The notes under the pieces were generated by a model, which worked only from the letters and a program-made list of their open reading frames with translations, was not told the origin of the DNA and ran no database searches. This document shows positions 1-10,247 of a DNA stretch of 64,000 nucleotides, piece after piece. This DNA is from an uncultured Thermoleophilia bacterium. GTDB taxonomy: Bacteria; Actinomycetota; Thermoleophilia; UBA2241. Position numbers and translations under genes: made by a program. Where the stretch lies: contig CAVQSP010000009.1 in the NCBI GenBank assembly GCA_963715985.1, positions 96,001 through 160,000 on the forward strand. Direction: 5' to 3'. Position 1 is the stretch's first letter. Each line of letters starts with the position of its first letter.

Positions 1-624
1 GTCCAGACCCACCAGGACGTCCGCGCCGGTCTCGAGCACGTGGTCGACCTTGCGATCCACGAGCGTCCCGGAGATCAGCGGCATCTTCACCGCGAACGTG
101 CCGCCGAAGCCGCAGCACTCCTGTGCGCGGGGCAGCGGCCGGTACTCGAGCCCGTCGACCATGCCGAGCAGGCGCTCCGGCCCCTCCTTGACGCCGAGCA
201 GGCGCAGGGTATGGCACGAGTGATGCATGGTCGCCACGACCGGACAGACGCTGGGCAGATCGGCGACCTCGAGCACGTCGACGAGGAACTGGGAGAACTC
301 GTAGGTGCGGCCGGCCAGCGCCTCCGCCCGCCGGCGCTCCGGTCCGTCGGGAAACAGCGACGGGTAGTGGTGACGTACCATCGCCGCGCAGGACCCGGAC
401 ACCGACACGACGTACTCGCTGCGCGCGAACGCGTCGATGAACGCCTGCGCGGACCGTCTGGCCTCGTCCGGGTAGCCGCTGTTGAAGGCCGGCTGGCCGC
501 AGCACGTCTGGCCGCCCGGGAAGTCCACCTCGACGCCGAGACCGCGCAGCACTCTGACAGCGCTCTCCCCGACGGCGGGGTACAGGGCGTCGCCAAGACA
601 GGTGATCATCAGCGACGCCTTCAA
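1..624 (-). CDS. lutA: LutA/YkgE-type CCG-domain Fe-S protein (lactate utilization A), runs off the window edge
   Basis: Manual translation from TTG at 622-624 with a GAGGAG RBS: ITCLGDALYPAVG...QTCCGQPAFNSGY...SGSCAAM...CGFGGTFAVK. Missing from the ORF track because it is truncated. Confidence 0.85.
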   Translation of the reverse strand, partial: MKASLMITCLGDALYPAVGESAVRVLRGLGVEVDFPGGQTCCGQPAFNSGYPDEARRSAQAFIDAFARSEYVVSVSGSCAAMVRHHYPSLFPDGPERRRAEALAGRTYEFSQFLVDVLEVADLPSVCPVVATMHHSCHTLRLLGVKEGPERLLGMVDGLEYRPLPRAQECCGFGGTFAVKMPLISGTLVDRKVDHVLETGADVLVGLD

Positions 625-863
625 ACGCCCCGGTCTCCTCTGCTCGTTCCGCCCGTCCGGCTACGCCCGCTCGCTCCTACCCTACCGGAAAGCGATGCGG
701 TGGCGGCAGTCCCGAGGCTTGCCCGAGCCGTCCGTCGCCCTTCGGCCCGAGCGCTGCGCCTTAAGACGCCCCGGCCTTGACACCTCCGGGTGGGTCCGAC
801 AGTCTCCGCGCAACCCTGCAAAGCGGAGGGCCGGGGGCAGGCCGCCGCGGAAGGAGCGTCTCC

Positions 864-2708
864 ATGACCACTGCTGCGAAGCCCGTCTCGCGTCTCTCGC
901 TCGCCGGGGTCGTTCTCGCCCTTGCGTTGCTGGCCGCGCTGGCGCTCGCCGGTCCCGCCCTGGCGTCCGCAAGCCCTGCCGCGGGCGGCGAGAAGACCAT
1001 CCTGCGCGTCGGCTGGGTCCAGGACATCGACAACCTCAACCCGTTCATCGGGATCCAGGGCAACGACTACATGCTCTGGCACATGAACTACGACTTCCTC
1101 GTGGGCTTCGACGCCAAGACCCTGGAGCCGCGGCCCGAGCTGGCCACCGCTTGGGAGATGTCCCCCGACGGCCTGGAGTGGACGTTCACCATCCGCAGCG
1201 ACTCCACGTGGCAGGACGGCGTCCCGGTCACCGCCGAGGACGTGGCCTTCACCTTCAACTACATCGTCGACAACCAGCTGCTGAACCTGGCCACGTACAC
1301 CAACGGCATCACCAAGGCGGAGGTCATCGACGACACCCACGTCAAGATCTTCACGAGCGCGCCCAAGGCCAACATGCTGCGCATGGTCGTGCCGATCCTG
1401 CCCGAGCACATCTGGAGCAAGATCAGCGGCAAGGCGGCGTCGAGCTCGTACCAGAACTCGCCGCCCATCATCGGCAACGGACCCTTCCAGGTGGTCGAGT
1501 GGAAGAAGGGCAAGTACGCGCGCCTCGTGGCCAACCCCGGCTACTGGGGTGGCGACCCCAAGGTGGACGAGGTCATCTTCCAGCTCTACACCAACGCCGA
1601 CACGATGGCCTCGGACCTCAAGCTGGGGACCATCGACGGCGCCCTCGACGTGCCGCCGGCCCAGTTCAAGCCGCTCGGCGCCACCGAGGGCATCACCGCC
1701 AACAACGCCACCAGCTGGCGCTTCGTCGAGATCGGCATGAACTGCTACGACAGCCCGGACTCCATGGGCAACCCCGTACTGCTCGACCCCGAGCTCCGCA
1801 AGGCCGTCAACTGGGCCGTCGATCGGCAGAAGGTGGCCGACGTGGCCTACCAGGGGTACGCGACGATCGGCTCCACGCTCATCGTGCCGTACTCCAAGTA
1901 CCACTGGGAGCCGCCGGCCGAGAGCATGTTCACGTACAACGCCGCGAAAGCCAACGAGCTCCTCGACGCCGCCGGCTACAAGGACGTGGACGGCGACGGG
2001 TTCCGCGAGACCAAGGACGGCAAGCAGCTCAGCCTGCGCTTCTACGCCACCGCGGACTCGCCCGAGAACCAGACCGCCGGCAAGCTCATCACCGGCTGGC
2101 TCAAGGACGTCGGCATCAAGCTGGAGTTCCAGGTCATGGACGCCGGTGCGCTGATCGACGCCCAGTACAACTACAAGGGCGACACGTACGCGCCGGACTA
2201 CGACCTCTTCATCTGGTACTGGACCCAGGACGTGGACCCCAACTTCCAGATGGACATCTACACACCGCAGCAGATCGAGGGCTGGAACGATTGTCTGTGG
2301 ACCGACCCTGAGTACACCAAGCTGAACGCCCAGCAGGGGCAGACCATCGACGAGACGGCGCGCATCCCCATCGTCCAGAAGATGCAGCAGATCTTCTACG
2401 ACGCCGCGCCTTACGCCATCCTCACCTACCCGTACCAGCTCGAGGCCTACAACACGGCCAAGTGGGCCGGCTGGGTGCACGTGCCCGGCGACGCCACCGG
2501 CGGCCAGCAGGGCGCCGTCCTGTACAGCTACAACAACATCGACACGTACCGCTTCGTGGCGCCGGTGGCGACCACCGCCACGACCACGGAGTCGTCGGGA
2601 ACGTCGGACCGGTGGACGTGGATCCTCATCGGCCTCGGCGGCGCGATCGTGGTGCTGGTCCTGTGGTGGCTGCTGCAGCGGCGTATGGGTCGCAAAGAGA
2701 CCGAGTGA
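864..2708 (+). CDS. Peptide/nickel ABC transporter substrate-binding protein (family 5) with a C-terminal membrane anchor
   Basis: Signal peptide, PELATAWEMSPDGLEWTFTIR...WQDGVPVTAEDVAFT motif, IGNGPF, Thr-rich linker and C-terminal TM helix. AAGGAG precedes the ATG at 864. Confidence 0.9.
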   Translation: MTTAAKPVSRLSLAGVVLALALLAALALAGPALASASPAAGGEKTILRVGWVQDIDNLNPFIGIQGNDYMLWHMNYDFLVGFDAKTLEPRPELATAWEMSPDGLEWTFTIRSDSTWQDGVPVTAEDVAFTFNYIVDNQLLNLATYTNGITKAEVIDDTHVKIFTSAPKANMLRMVVPILPEHIWSKISGKAASSSYQNSPPIIGNGPFQVVEWKKGKYARLVANPGYWGGDPKVDEVIFQLYTNADTMASDLKLGTIDGALDVPPAQFKPLGATEGITANNATSWRFVEIGMNCYDSPDSMGNPVLLDPELRKAVNWAVDRQKVADVAYQGYATIGSTLIVPYSKYHWEPPAESMFTYNAAKANELLDAAGYKDVDGDGFRETKDGKQLSLRFYATADSPENQTAGKLITGWLKDVGIKLEFQVMDAGALIDAQYNYKGDTYAPDYDLFIWYWTQDVDPNFQMDIYTPQQIEGWNDCLWTDPEYTKLNAQQGQTIDETARIPIVQKMQQIFYDAAPYAILTYPYQLEAYNTAKWAGWVHVPGDATGGQQGAVLYSYNNIDTYRFVAPVATTATTTESSGTSDRWTWILIGLGGAIVVLVLWWLLQRRMGRKETE

Positions 2709-2741
2709 GCCGGCGGCCGGCCTGCGCGGTGGACCCGGGCG

Positions 2742-3650
2742 TCAGCTCTGTCCATCGAGCGTGAGCAGCGGCCGGTACAGCTCAGGGCGCCGATCGCGGA
2801 AGAAGGCCCACTCCTCGCGCCGCCGGCGCAGGGCGTCCAGATCGACCGTCGCCGTGATCACCTCTTCGCGATCCCGCGAGGCCTCGGCGAGCAGGGCACC
2901 GTCGGGCCCGGCGATGAACGACGAGCCGTAGAAACGGATGCCGATCTCGTCGCCGGCCTCGCCGGCCTCGCCGGGTGCCTGGGTCGGCGCCGTCTCCAGC
3001 CCGATGCGGTTGGCCGCCACGACGGGGATCGAGTTGGCCACCGCGTGACCCCGCTGCGCCAGCTGCCACGCCTCTCGCGAGTCGCTCGCGGGCAGGGGCG
3101 GGTCGCTGCCTATCGCCGTGGGGTACAGCACCACCTCCGCGCCCATCAGTGCCATGCAGCGGGCGCTCTCCGGGAACCACTGGTCCCAGCAGATGCCCAC
3201 CCCCACCCGCCCGTGGCGCGTGCCCCAGACGCGGAAGCCCGTGTCGCCGGGTGAGAAGTAGAACTTCTCCTGATAGCCGACGGCGTCGGGGATGTGGCTC
3301 TTGCGGTAGACGCCGAGCACGGAGCCGTCGGCGTCGATCACGGCCACCGAGTTGAAGAACGCCTGGCCGGCGCGCTCGAAGAAGCTCACAGGCACGACGA
3401 CGCCGAGCTCGGCGGCCAGGCGGCGGAAGCGCGCGATCGCAGGGTCGTCCTTCGGCGGTCGCGCCAGGTCGATGTGCCGCGGGTCCTGCGTGATGCAGAA
3501 GTACGGAGTCTGAAAGAGCTCCTGCAGCAGGACGATCTGCGCGCCTCGCCCAGCGGCTTCCCTCACCAGCCGCTCGGCCGTTTCCAGGTTCGCCTCGATG
3601 TCCCAGCTGCAGGCGAACTGCGCCGCCGCCAGCGTCACGTCACGCGTCAC
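2742..3650 (-). CDS. aguB: N-carbamoylputrescine amidase (nitrilase family)
   Basis: LLQELF, YRKSHIPD..GYQEKFYFSPGD, GICWDQWFPE, YPTAIGS, FFRDRRPELY. Confidence 0.9.
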   Translation of the reverse strand: MTRDVTLAAAQFACSWDIEANLETAERLVREAAGRGAQIVLLQELFQTPYFCITQDPRHIDLARPPKDDPAIARFRRLAAELGVVVPVSFFERAGQAFFNSVAVIDADGSVLGVYRKSHIPDAVGYQEKFYFSPGDTGFRVWGTRHGRVGVGICWDQWFPESARCMALMGAEVVLYPTAIGSDPPLPASDSREAWQLAQRGHAVANSIPVVAANRIGLETAPTQAPGEAGEAGDEIGIRFYGSSFIAGPDGALLAEASRDREEVITATVDLDALRRRREEWAFFRDRRPELYRPLLTLDGQS

Positions 3651-3713
3651 GATCGACCCTCCTCGGTTCGGGCCTGTGGCGCACCACGACGCCGGCGGCG
3701 CGCCCAGGGGCCA

Positions 3714-4749
3714 TCATACGCGCAGCAGCGCCCGGGCGATGGGCTGCAGCTCGGGATCGGCCGGCAGCTCGTCGATGCCGATCAGGGCGAGCAGCAGCGC
3801 CTTCTGGAAGTGCTTGCGGTTCTCGGCCTCGTCGAGGACGATCGAGAACGGCGCGTCGAGGATGGCGTCGGTCATCTCCTCGCCGCGGATGGCCGGCAGG
3901 CAGTGCATGAACTTCGCCCCGGGCTTGGCGTGCGCCCACAGCTCTTCGTTCACCTGGTAGGGCCCGAGGATGCGGCGTAGCTCGTTCTTCTCGTCCTCGG
4001 GCTGCATCCACCACCAGCCCACGGTGAAGACGACGTCGGCCTGCGAGACGGCCGCTACGGCGTCGTCGGTGAGGGTGAGGGAGGCGCCGGACTGCGCGCA
4101 GTTGGCGCGCGCGAGCGCCTCCACCTGCGGAGTCATCTGCTCCTCCGGGGGGCCGGCCATGATCATGCTGCTGCCGAGCCGCGTCATGGTGAGCGCCACC
4201 GATGTGCCCATCGCATCGGCGCACTTGCCGATGAACGCGCACGTGAGGCCCTCTACGGTCCCGAAGTGCTCGAGGATCGTCATCGCGTCGGTCATCGTCT
4301 GCACGGGGTGGTCGTAGTCGTCGGTCAGGCCGTTGATGACCGGCACTGTGGCGTGCTCGACGAGCTCCGCAAGCGTGGTGTGGTAGGCGGTGCGCGCCAT
4401 GATGCGTCGACGAGGCGGCTGATGACGCGAGCTGTGTCGGCGACTGTCTCGTGGCCGCCGAGGTGGATCTCGCCGGGGCGCAGGTACTGGGCGTGGCCGC
4501 CGAGCTCGGTCATGCCGGCCTCGAAGCTGATGCGCGTACGCGTCGAGGGGTGCTCGAAGATCATCGCCAGAGTACGGCCCTCGAGGAAGGGCGTCAGCGG
4601 CCGGCGGCGGTACAGCGCCTTGAGGGCGACGGCCAGGTCGAGCAGGCCGAGCAGCTCCTCCTGCGAGTAGTCCTGGTCGGTGAAGAAGTGACGGCCGCGC
4701 AGGGGGGCGAAGCCGGGCAGCGCGGCGGGGTCGGACGGGTCGTACTCAT
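3714..4749 (-). CDS. Putrescine/ornithine carbamoyltransferase family protein (frameshifts near 4740 and 4403)
   Basis: PSTRTRISFE, YLRPGEIHLGGHETVADTARVISRLVD (putrescine transcarbamylase-like), INGL..HPVQ, MHCLPA, EAENR. AAGGAGG RBS upstream. Confidence 0.8.
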
Positions 4750-4810
4750 GTCGATCGTGCCTCCTTGAGACGAGCCGGCCGCGGATGGCGCAGGCCGGAC
4801 AGACGACCGT

Positions 4811-4844
4811 GAAACTAAATGAACGTTTAATCCCGGTGTGTCAA
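4811..4844 (-). promoter_or_regulatory. Possible promoter/operator upstream of the carbamoyltransferase
   Basis: TTGACA on the minus strand at 4839-4844 and an AT-rich imperfect palindrome TAAATGAACGTTTA. A correctly spaced -10 is not clear. Confidence 0.35.
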
Positions 4845-5596
4845 GCCCGCTGCGTCATTTCCGCGCGTGTGTGTCGCCGGGGCACACTGTGTCGGAGGCG
4901 ACTGGCGCCATTGGTGATGCCATGTATGGCGCCATTGGTGATGCCATTCGCGCGACGCCATGACGCCGCCGGAGGACGCCGTCAGCCGGGCGGCAGCAGT
5001 GAGGTAGGCGCCGATCACGTCGCGCCACATCCGCCAGGCGCGCTCGTGGTCGAAGCCGTCAGGGTCGAGGGCGCGCTGGATGCCGAGACCCTCGACCACG
5101 GCGATGCTCACCGCCGCCAGAGCCTCGAGCTCCACCTCGCTCAGCTCGCGGGGCGCGCCGCCGAGGCAGTCGCCGTCCACCTCCCGGTAGACGCGGTACT
5201 CCTCGGCGAAGCGCGCGCGCACCTCCGGATCGCGCAAGCGCGTGGGGCAGCAGCTCGTACAGCATTCGGTTGGTGCGGTCGTTCTGCGAGACGCGCCGCT
5301 GCCAGTCGAGAAAGGCGCTCGGCGCGGTCGGCGCCGTCACGGGTCGAGCGGATCTCCTCGACGTAGCCGACGTCCGGGTTCAGGAAGAGCGTCTCGACCA
5401 GCGTCGCCAGCAGGCCCGCCTTGCCGCCGAAGTAGTAGGAGACGAGCGCGCGGTTGGCGCCGGAGACCTGCGCGATGGCGGTCATCGTCAGCTCCGAGTA
5501 ACCACGCTCGGCGAGGATGTCCTGCGCCGCCGCCAGAATGCGCTTCGCGGTCGGCGGCAGGTCGGCGAGATCGCGGTCTGCAGGCTCGGACGTCAC
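4827..5596 (-). CDS. TetR/AcrR family regulator (frameshifted, 3' end uncertain)
   Basis: RILAAAQDILAERGYSELTMTAIAQVSGANRALVSYYFGGKAGLL HTH. The C-terminal domain continues in two other frames. Confidence 0.8.
4903..4947. repeat. 21-bp direct repeat, 2 copies, period 24
   Basis: TGGCGCCATTGGTGATGCCAT at 4903-4923 and 4927-4947. Confidence 0.85.
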
Positions 5597-5644
5597 GCCT
5601 TCACGCTATCACGCGCTCGCCTCCGCACGCCGCACGCGGACCGG

Positions 5645-6376
5645 TCAAACCACCACGGGGCAGAAGAGCCCATGACGCGACGGGTAGCTCATGATCGTCG
5701 TCACTTCGAGCAACTCCGCCAGCAGCGCCGGCGGAACGCGCAGCGCCCGGTCGATGTCGACGACGAGAAGCTCCGTGTGGGTCGCCGCACCCCGGGCGCG
5801 GACCAGCACCAGCCCGCCGGACTCGGTGATCGTCGCGCCGTCCGCCTCGGCCTCCTCGCGCTTCACCGCGAGGTAGTCGTCAGAGACGACCGGCGAAAGC
5901 GCGGCGGCCCAGCGCGCCAGCGCCGCCGCGAGGGTGATCGTCTCCCGTCCGTGTTCGAGCCGGAAGCCCACTTCGCGCCAGTACTCCGCCAGCGCGTCCT
6001 CGTACAGGCAGAGCACCACCGTCTCGGCGCGGTGTCGCTCCAGCACCTCGTCGAGGAACGCCTCGCGCAGGCGGTAGCCCTGCCCGCGAAAGGCGGGGTG
6101 CACGTAGTGACTCTGGAGCAGGAGCGCGCGGAGCGGAGCGGCCTCGGCCGCGCGCCCTCCGCGCCCGAACGCCAGCGGCTCGAAGGCGACGCTCGCGGCG
6201 ACCGTCTCCCCGACCTTCCAGCCGTAGTACCAGCCGGAGCGCGACGACGTGGCCACCCAGGCGCGGGCGCCGGCGGGCGTCAGCCCGAAGCACGCGCTCA
6301 GCTGCTCCTCGATCTGCTCGCGCTCCCCCGGCGTGAGCGTCAGCGGCTCGTAGCCGCCAAGCGCTGAGCCGCTCAC
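5645..6376 (-). CDS. GNAT-like acetyltransferase
   Basis: YVHPAFRGQG motif A and YWREVGF. The GTG start overlaps the upstream stop (GTGA). Confidence 0.6.
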   Translation of the reverse strand: MSGSALGGYEPLTLTPGEREQIEEQLSACFGLTPAGARAWVATSSRSGWYYGWKVGETVAASVAFEPLAFGRGGRAAEAAPLRALLLQSHYVHPAFRGQGYRLREAFLDEVLERHRAETVVLCLYEDALAEYWREVGFRLEHGRETITLAAALARWAAALSPVVSDDYLAVKREEAEADGATITESGGLVLVRARGAATHTELLVVDIDRALRVPPALLAELLEVTTIMSYPSRHGLFCPVVV

Positions 6377-7378
6377 GGCGCGCCGGATGGTCCGGATGGT
6401 CCGGATCGTCCGGCCGCGCCGGCCGGCCCCTCCTCCGCCTCGATCTCCTCCACCACGCCCTTGCTCGACGGGAGCAATTCCACGATGAACACGCCGGTGA
6501 GCATCAGCGAACCTCCGACCAGCAGCCGCCAGGTGACCGAGTCCATGCCCGACGATGATTCCGGCGAGCGCGGCGAACACGCTCTCGAAGCCCAGCAGGA
6601 TGGCGGCGTGCGTCGAGGTCGTGTACCGCTGCGCCCAGCTCTGGATGAAGAACGCGTAGATGGTGCCGCTGATGCGCCGTCCACACCACCGCCGCCCACA
6701 CCTGCCAGGGGAGGTCGACGGTGATCTGGACGAAGAACGGTGCGAGCACGAGCATGGCCGCCGTGGAGACGATCATCTGCGTGGCCGCCAGGGTGGAGGG
6801 TTGCATCCTCGGGGCGAAGAACCCGGTCCCATGATGTGGAGCGCGTACAGCAGCGCCCCGAGCAGCGTGAGGGCGTCGCCCCAGCGGATGGAGAAGTCGC
6901 CCTGCAGGGAGAGCGCCGCGAGACCCACGGTGGCGACCACGGCGCCGATGATCTGCCAGCGCCCGGGCGAGCGGCGCGCCACCGCCCAGTAGAGAAACGG
7001 CACCATGGCCACGCTGAGCGCGGTGATGAACCCGGAGACGCCCGGCGACGTGCGCTGCAGGGCGATGGTCTGCACGATGAGCGCGCTCAGGTAGAAGAAC
7101 GCGAGGAGCGCGCCCATCCCCCAGTCGGTGCGGCGGGCGGTGAGCCAGCTCTTCGGCCTCGCCGCCGCGAAGATGGCGGTGGCCACGACGTACCGCCAGA
7201 GCAGGTACAGCATGGTGCCGGCCACGATGCTGCCGCCGGCGAGGGCGCTGGTGCGCTCGACGGCGTCCTTGATGAAGACGAAGTTGCTGCCCCAGAAGAT
7301 GGCGACGCTGAAGAGCAGCACGTCCGCCACGAGCGCCCTGCGGCGCGAAGCGTACATGGTACCGGGAGGCGTCGCCAT
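6373..7378 (-). CDS. EamA/DMT family transporter (frameshifted)
   Basis: IFWGSNFVFIK, SGFITALSVAMVP, GDALTLLGALLYALHI; multiple TM segments. Confidence 0.8.
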
Positions 7379-7422
7379 CGCCGCAATCCTACCGGAAGCG
7401 CGAGGCGCGGATGGGGCGGCCG

Positions 7423-8292
7423 TCAGTCCTTGAAGTCCGGCAGGTGCCAGTCGCGCGCGACCGCCTCCAGCACGACCTTGGCCACCTTGAGGCCGCCGTC
7501 CACCGAGAGGTGCACCCCGTCCTTCTGGCGCAGCGATGGCTGGTACGTCGTCTTCGGCGCGTCCACGGCCGTCCAGGCGTCGATGTACTCGACCATGGGC
7601 GCCCGCTTCTCGGCCTCGGCCTGGAAGATCTCGTTGACAAGCGCCATGCGCTTGTTGAACCAGCCGATGCCCATGCGCGGCATGCCGACCCAGTAGACCC
7701 TCTTCACGCCCCGCTTGAGGTACAGGTCCATCACCTCGCCCACGCGCTCGGCGTACATGGCCTTCCACGGGCCGCTGCCGAACGCGAGCTGCTTGCCGTC
7801 GACCTTGACGTCCTGGCCGTCGTTGGCGCCGATCATCAGCGCCACCGCCTCGAAGGGTTGCTTGCGCTTGTCGACGTCCTGCTTCAGGTACGCTGGCCAG
7901 TCGAAGAAATCGGGCCTGGCCAGACCGCTCGCCACCTTGACGAAACGGTGGATCTTGATGTCCTTGCGCTCCTCGGTGAGGAGCTTGAGACCGAGGAGCG
8001 CACCGCCGCCCACGGACTCGCCGTAGGCCGCCATGCGCAGCGGCTGTGCGGCCGACGGCGTGCGCAGGGCGGCGGGGACCGGCGAGGGTGTGGCGGCCGC
8101 GGTGCCGGTGGGCGTGCCGCCGCAGGCGCGCGCGCCCAGCGCTACGACCGCCACGAGCACGACGAGGACCGCGAGGAGGACGGCCAGCAGCGTGAGGCGC
8201 CGGCGACGGAGCGCCCGGCGGCGCTCGGCGCGGGCGGCCGCTCGCTCATCGCTGAAGCGCGGTGCGGAGTCCTGCACAGGCGGCTCTTCCAC
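7423..8292 (-). CDS. DUF459/SGNH-fold membrane-anchored protein
   Basis: N-terminal TM, GESVG, SGLARPDFFDW, MIGAND, WVGMP, DGVH. Confidence 0.75.
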   Translation of the reverse strand: MEEPPVQDSAPRFSDERAAARAERRRALRRRRLTLLAVLLAVLVVLVAVVALGARACGGTPTGTAAATPSPVPAALRTPSAAQPLRMAAYGESVGGGALLGLKLLTEERKDIKIHRFVKVASGLARPDFFDWPAYLKQDVDKRKQPFEAVALMIGANDGQDVKVDGKQLAFGSGPWKAMYAERVGEVMDLYLKRGVKRVYWVGMPRMGIGWFNKRMALVNEIFQAEAEKRAPMVEYIDAWTAVDAPKTTYQPSLRQKDGVHLSVDGGLKVAKVVLEAVARDWHLPDFKD

Positions 8293-8298
8293 GTCGCC

Positions 8299-9669
8299 TC
8301 AGCGTCGCGGTGGCAGCTGCCCGCGGATCCGCGCGGCCGCCAGCTCGGCCGCCTCGGCGCAGGTCTCCACGTAGCGTGTGCCCAGATAGTCGCCGGCGAG
8401 GTGGACGCGGCCGAGCGGCCGCGTGAGCGCAGGCTGCAGGCGGCCGCGGCCCACGTGGGCGAAGGGGATGCCGCGCGGCCAGCGGTGGACCACGAGGTCG
8501 AGGATGCTGTGCTCGATACCGGGGAAGACGGCGCACAGGTCGTCGCGGTACCGCGCCGCGATGGTCTCGTCGTCCTCGCGCAGCAGCCGCGCCCCCGCGG
8601 ACGCGGCGGTGTAGACCATCACGCTGCCGTGCCGCGGACGGGGCAGTGACGGATGCTCCTGTACGTTGCCGATGTTGTAGGCCATGCTGAAACTGCGGCC
8701 CGGCGTGGCGACGGCGTACACGCCGTCCCAGGGCAGGCGGGCGCTGCGCTCCACCAGGAAGGCTCCGACGGCGTAGGAGCCGTAGTGGACGGCGCGGAGG
8801 GCCTCCTCCGTCTCGGCCGGAAGGCCCCGCACGATGTCGGCCGCCACCGGAGCCGGCACCGCCACGACCGCAGCTGCGGCCGTGACCGTGCGCTCCTCCC
8901 CGCCCCGCTGCACCACGACCCTAACTCCGCCCCCGTCCTGTTCCACACTGGTGACCACCGACCCCGTCTCGATGCGCGGCACCATGCCGGCGAGGCGCTC
9001 GATGATGGTAGACGGTCCGCCGACGATGCCGCGCGAGAGGCCGGAGGACCGGTCCCACACGAGGTGGAAGTAGCCGATCCCGTACCCGGCCGCGAGCTCT
9101 TCGGGGTCGCCGCTGGAGCGCGTCAGGGTGCAGCGGAACATCGCGTCCACGTCGTCCGGAAGCCGCCCCATGTGGTCGCTGAACGAGACGTCGTCCATGA
9201 ACTCGAGGATACGAGCCTGCCGCTGCGCCGGGGTCTCCCCCGGGCGCTGCTCTGCGGCGCGCCCGTAGCGCAGCACGTCGTACCGCAGCCGCAGCCCGGC
9301 GCGGACGAGAGCGAGTCGCGAGCGCCCAGACAGCTGCAAGCGGAACGGATACGTCTCGACGGCGCTCGTGACCACGCGACCGCCATAGGCGAGCGCCGCG
9401 AGCTGCCCCGGCAACGGGAGCGCGGTGACGTCCAGGCCGCGGAGCAGGCGGTCCGTCGCGGTGCCGTCGCCGCCGTACACGTGGGCCCCGAAGTTGAGCC
9501 ACGTGTCCTCGCGGCGGAACGAGCGGATGCGCCCGCCCAGCCGGTCCGACTCCTCGAGCACCAGCACGTCGCGGTCGCGCAGGTGCCAGGCTGCGGCGAG
9601 ACCGGAGACCCCGGCCCCGACGACGACCACGTCGTGGTGCTCAGCGCCGCCTCTGGCACCTGCGGTCAT
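8299..9669 (-). CDS. Flavin amine oxidase / protoporphyrinogen oxidase-like FAD oxidoreductase
   Basis: VVVVGAGVSGLAAA, E..DRLGGR, NFGAH, HLAGDY. Confidence 0.8.
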   Translation of the reverse strand: MTAGARGGAEHHDVVVVGAGVSGLAAAWHLRDRDVLVLEESDRLGGRIRSFRREDTWLNFGAHVYGGDGTATDRLLRGLDVTALPLPGQLAALAYGGRVVTSAVETYPFRLQLSGRSRLALVRAGLRLRYDVLRYGRAAEQRPGETPAQRQARILEFMDDVSFSDHMGRLPDDVDAMFRCTLTRSSGDPEELAAGYGIGYFHLVWDRSSGLSRGIVGGPSTIIERLAGMVPRIETGSVVTSVEQDGGGVRVVVQRGGEERTVTAAAAVVAVPAPVAADIVRGLPAETEEALRAVHYGSYAVGAFLVERSARLPWDGVYAVATPGRSFSMAYNIGNVQEHPSLPRPRHGSVMVYTAASAGARLLREDDETIAARYRDDLCAVFPGIEHSILDLVVHRWPRGIPFAHVGRGRLQPALTRPLGRVHLAGDYLGTRYVETCAEAAELAAARIRGQLPPRR

Positions 9670-9971
9670 CGCGCACCTCCTGGTCTCTCAGCGGTCCGGG
9701 TGAAGACACGAGCGCGGCGATCTCACGCCGCTGCACCCGCACATCGTAGGCCGAATCGGGCCAAGCCGCCCACAGTGCGCGCCTTTCGCCGGTGTTCGAC
9801 GCCGCGACGTTTGGGCGGGCCACCATCCTGCGGACAACTGAAGTAGAGGCCGCGAACGGACGCGGACTCGCAGACGCGCACAGGTGCCGGCACCCGGGGA
9901 GGTGGTGACTGGCGCGGCGGCAGAACACGCGGGGTCCCGACCGAGGAGGTCGGCTCGAGGAAGGAGGACAC

Positions 9972-10172
9972 ATGTACTCCGTAGCGTGCAAGCAGATCGG
10001 GTTCGCCGACTGCGGTTTCGTCGCCGTCGGCAAGCACCGGCGCACCGCAATCGACATGCTCCTCGCGCACGCCCGCGACGAGCACCCTGAGCTCATCCAG
10101 GGCATCACCGAGGAGCGGCACGAAGAGATCGTGCAGCTGATCGAGAGTCACATCGCGCAGACGGCCGCCTGA
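9972..10172 (+). CDS. Small DUF1059-like metal-binding protein
   Basis: C-x7-C...HARDEH pattern; strong AAGGAGG RBS. Confidence 0.7.
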   Translation: MYSVACKQIGFADCGFVAVGKHRRTAIDMLLAHARDEHPELIQGITEERHEEIVQLIESHIAQTAA

Positions 10173-10193
10173 ACGAGGCGGGCGCAGGCGGCT

Positions 10194-10237
10194 ACGGCGA
10201 GGGGGCGGGCGCTCGCGAGCGCCCGCCCCCTCGCCGT
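10194..10237. terminator. 44-bp perfect palindrome between convergent genes, probably a bidirectional terminator
   Basis: ACGGCGAGGGGGCGGGCGCTCG|CGAGCGCCCGCCCCCTCGCCGT. Confidence 0.7.
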
Positions 10238-10247
10238 CCTCACGCCC

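Noticed and set aside
6383-6413. 9-bp tandem repeat CCGGATGGT
   Set aside because: It encodes a low-complexity GPS tail of the transporter.
9838-9960. Lysine riboswitch-like start (TGAAGTAGAGGCCGCGAAC)
   Set aside because: Only the first ~20 nt resemble it. The downstream conserved elements are absent and the gene context is unrelated.
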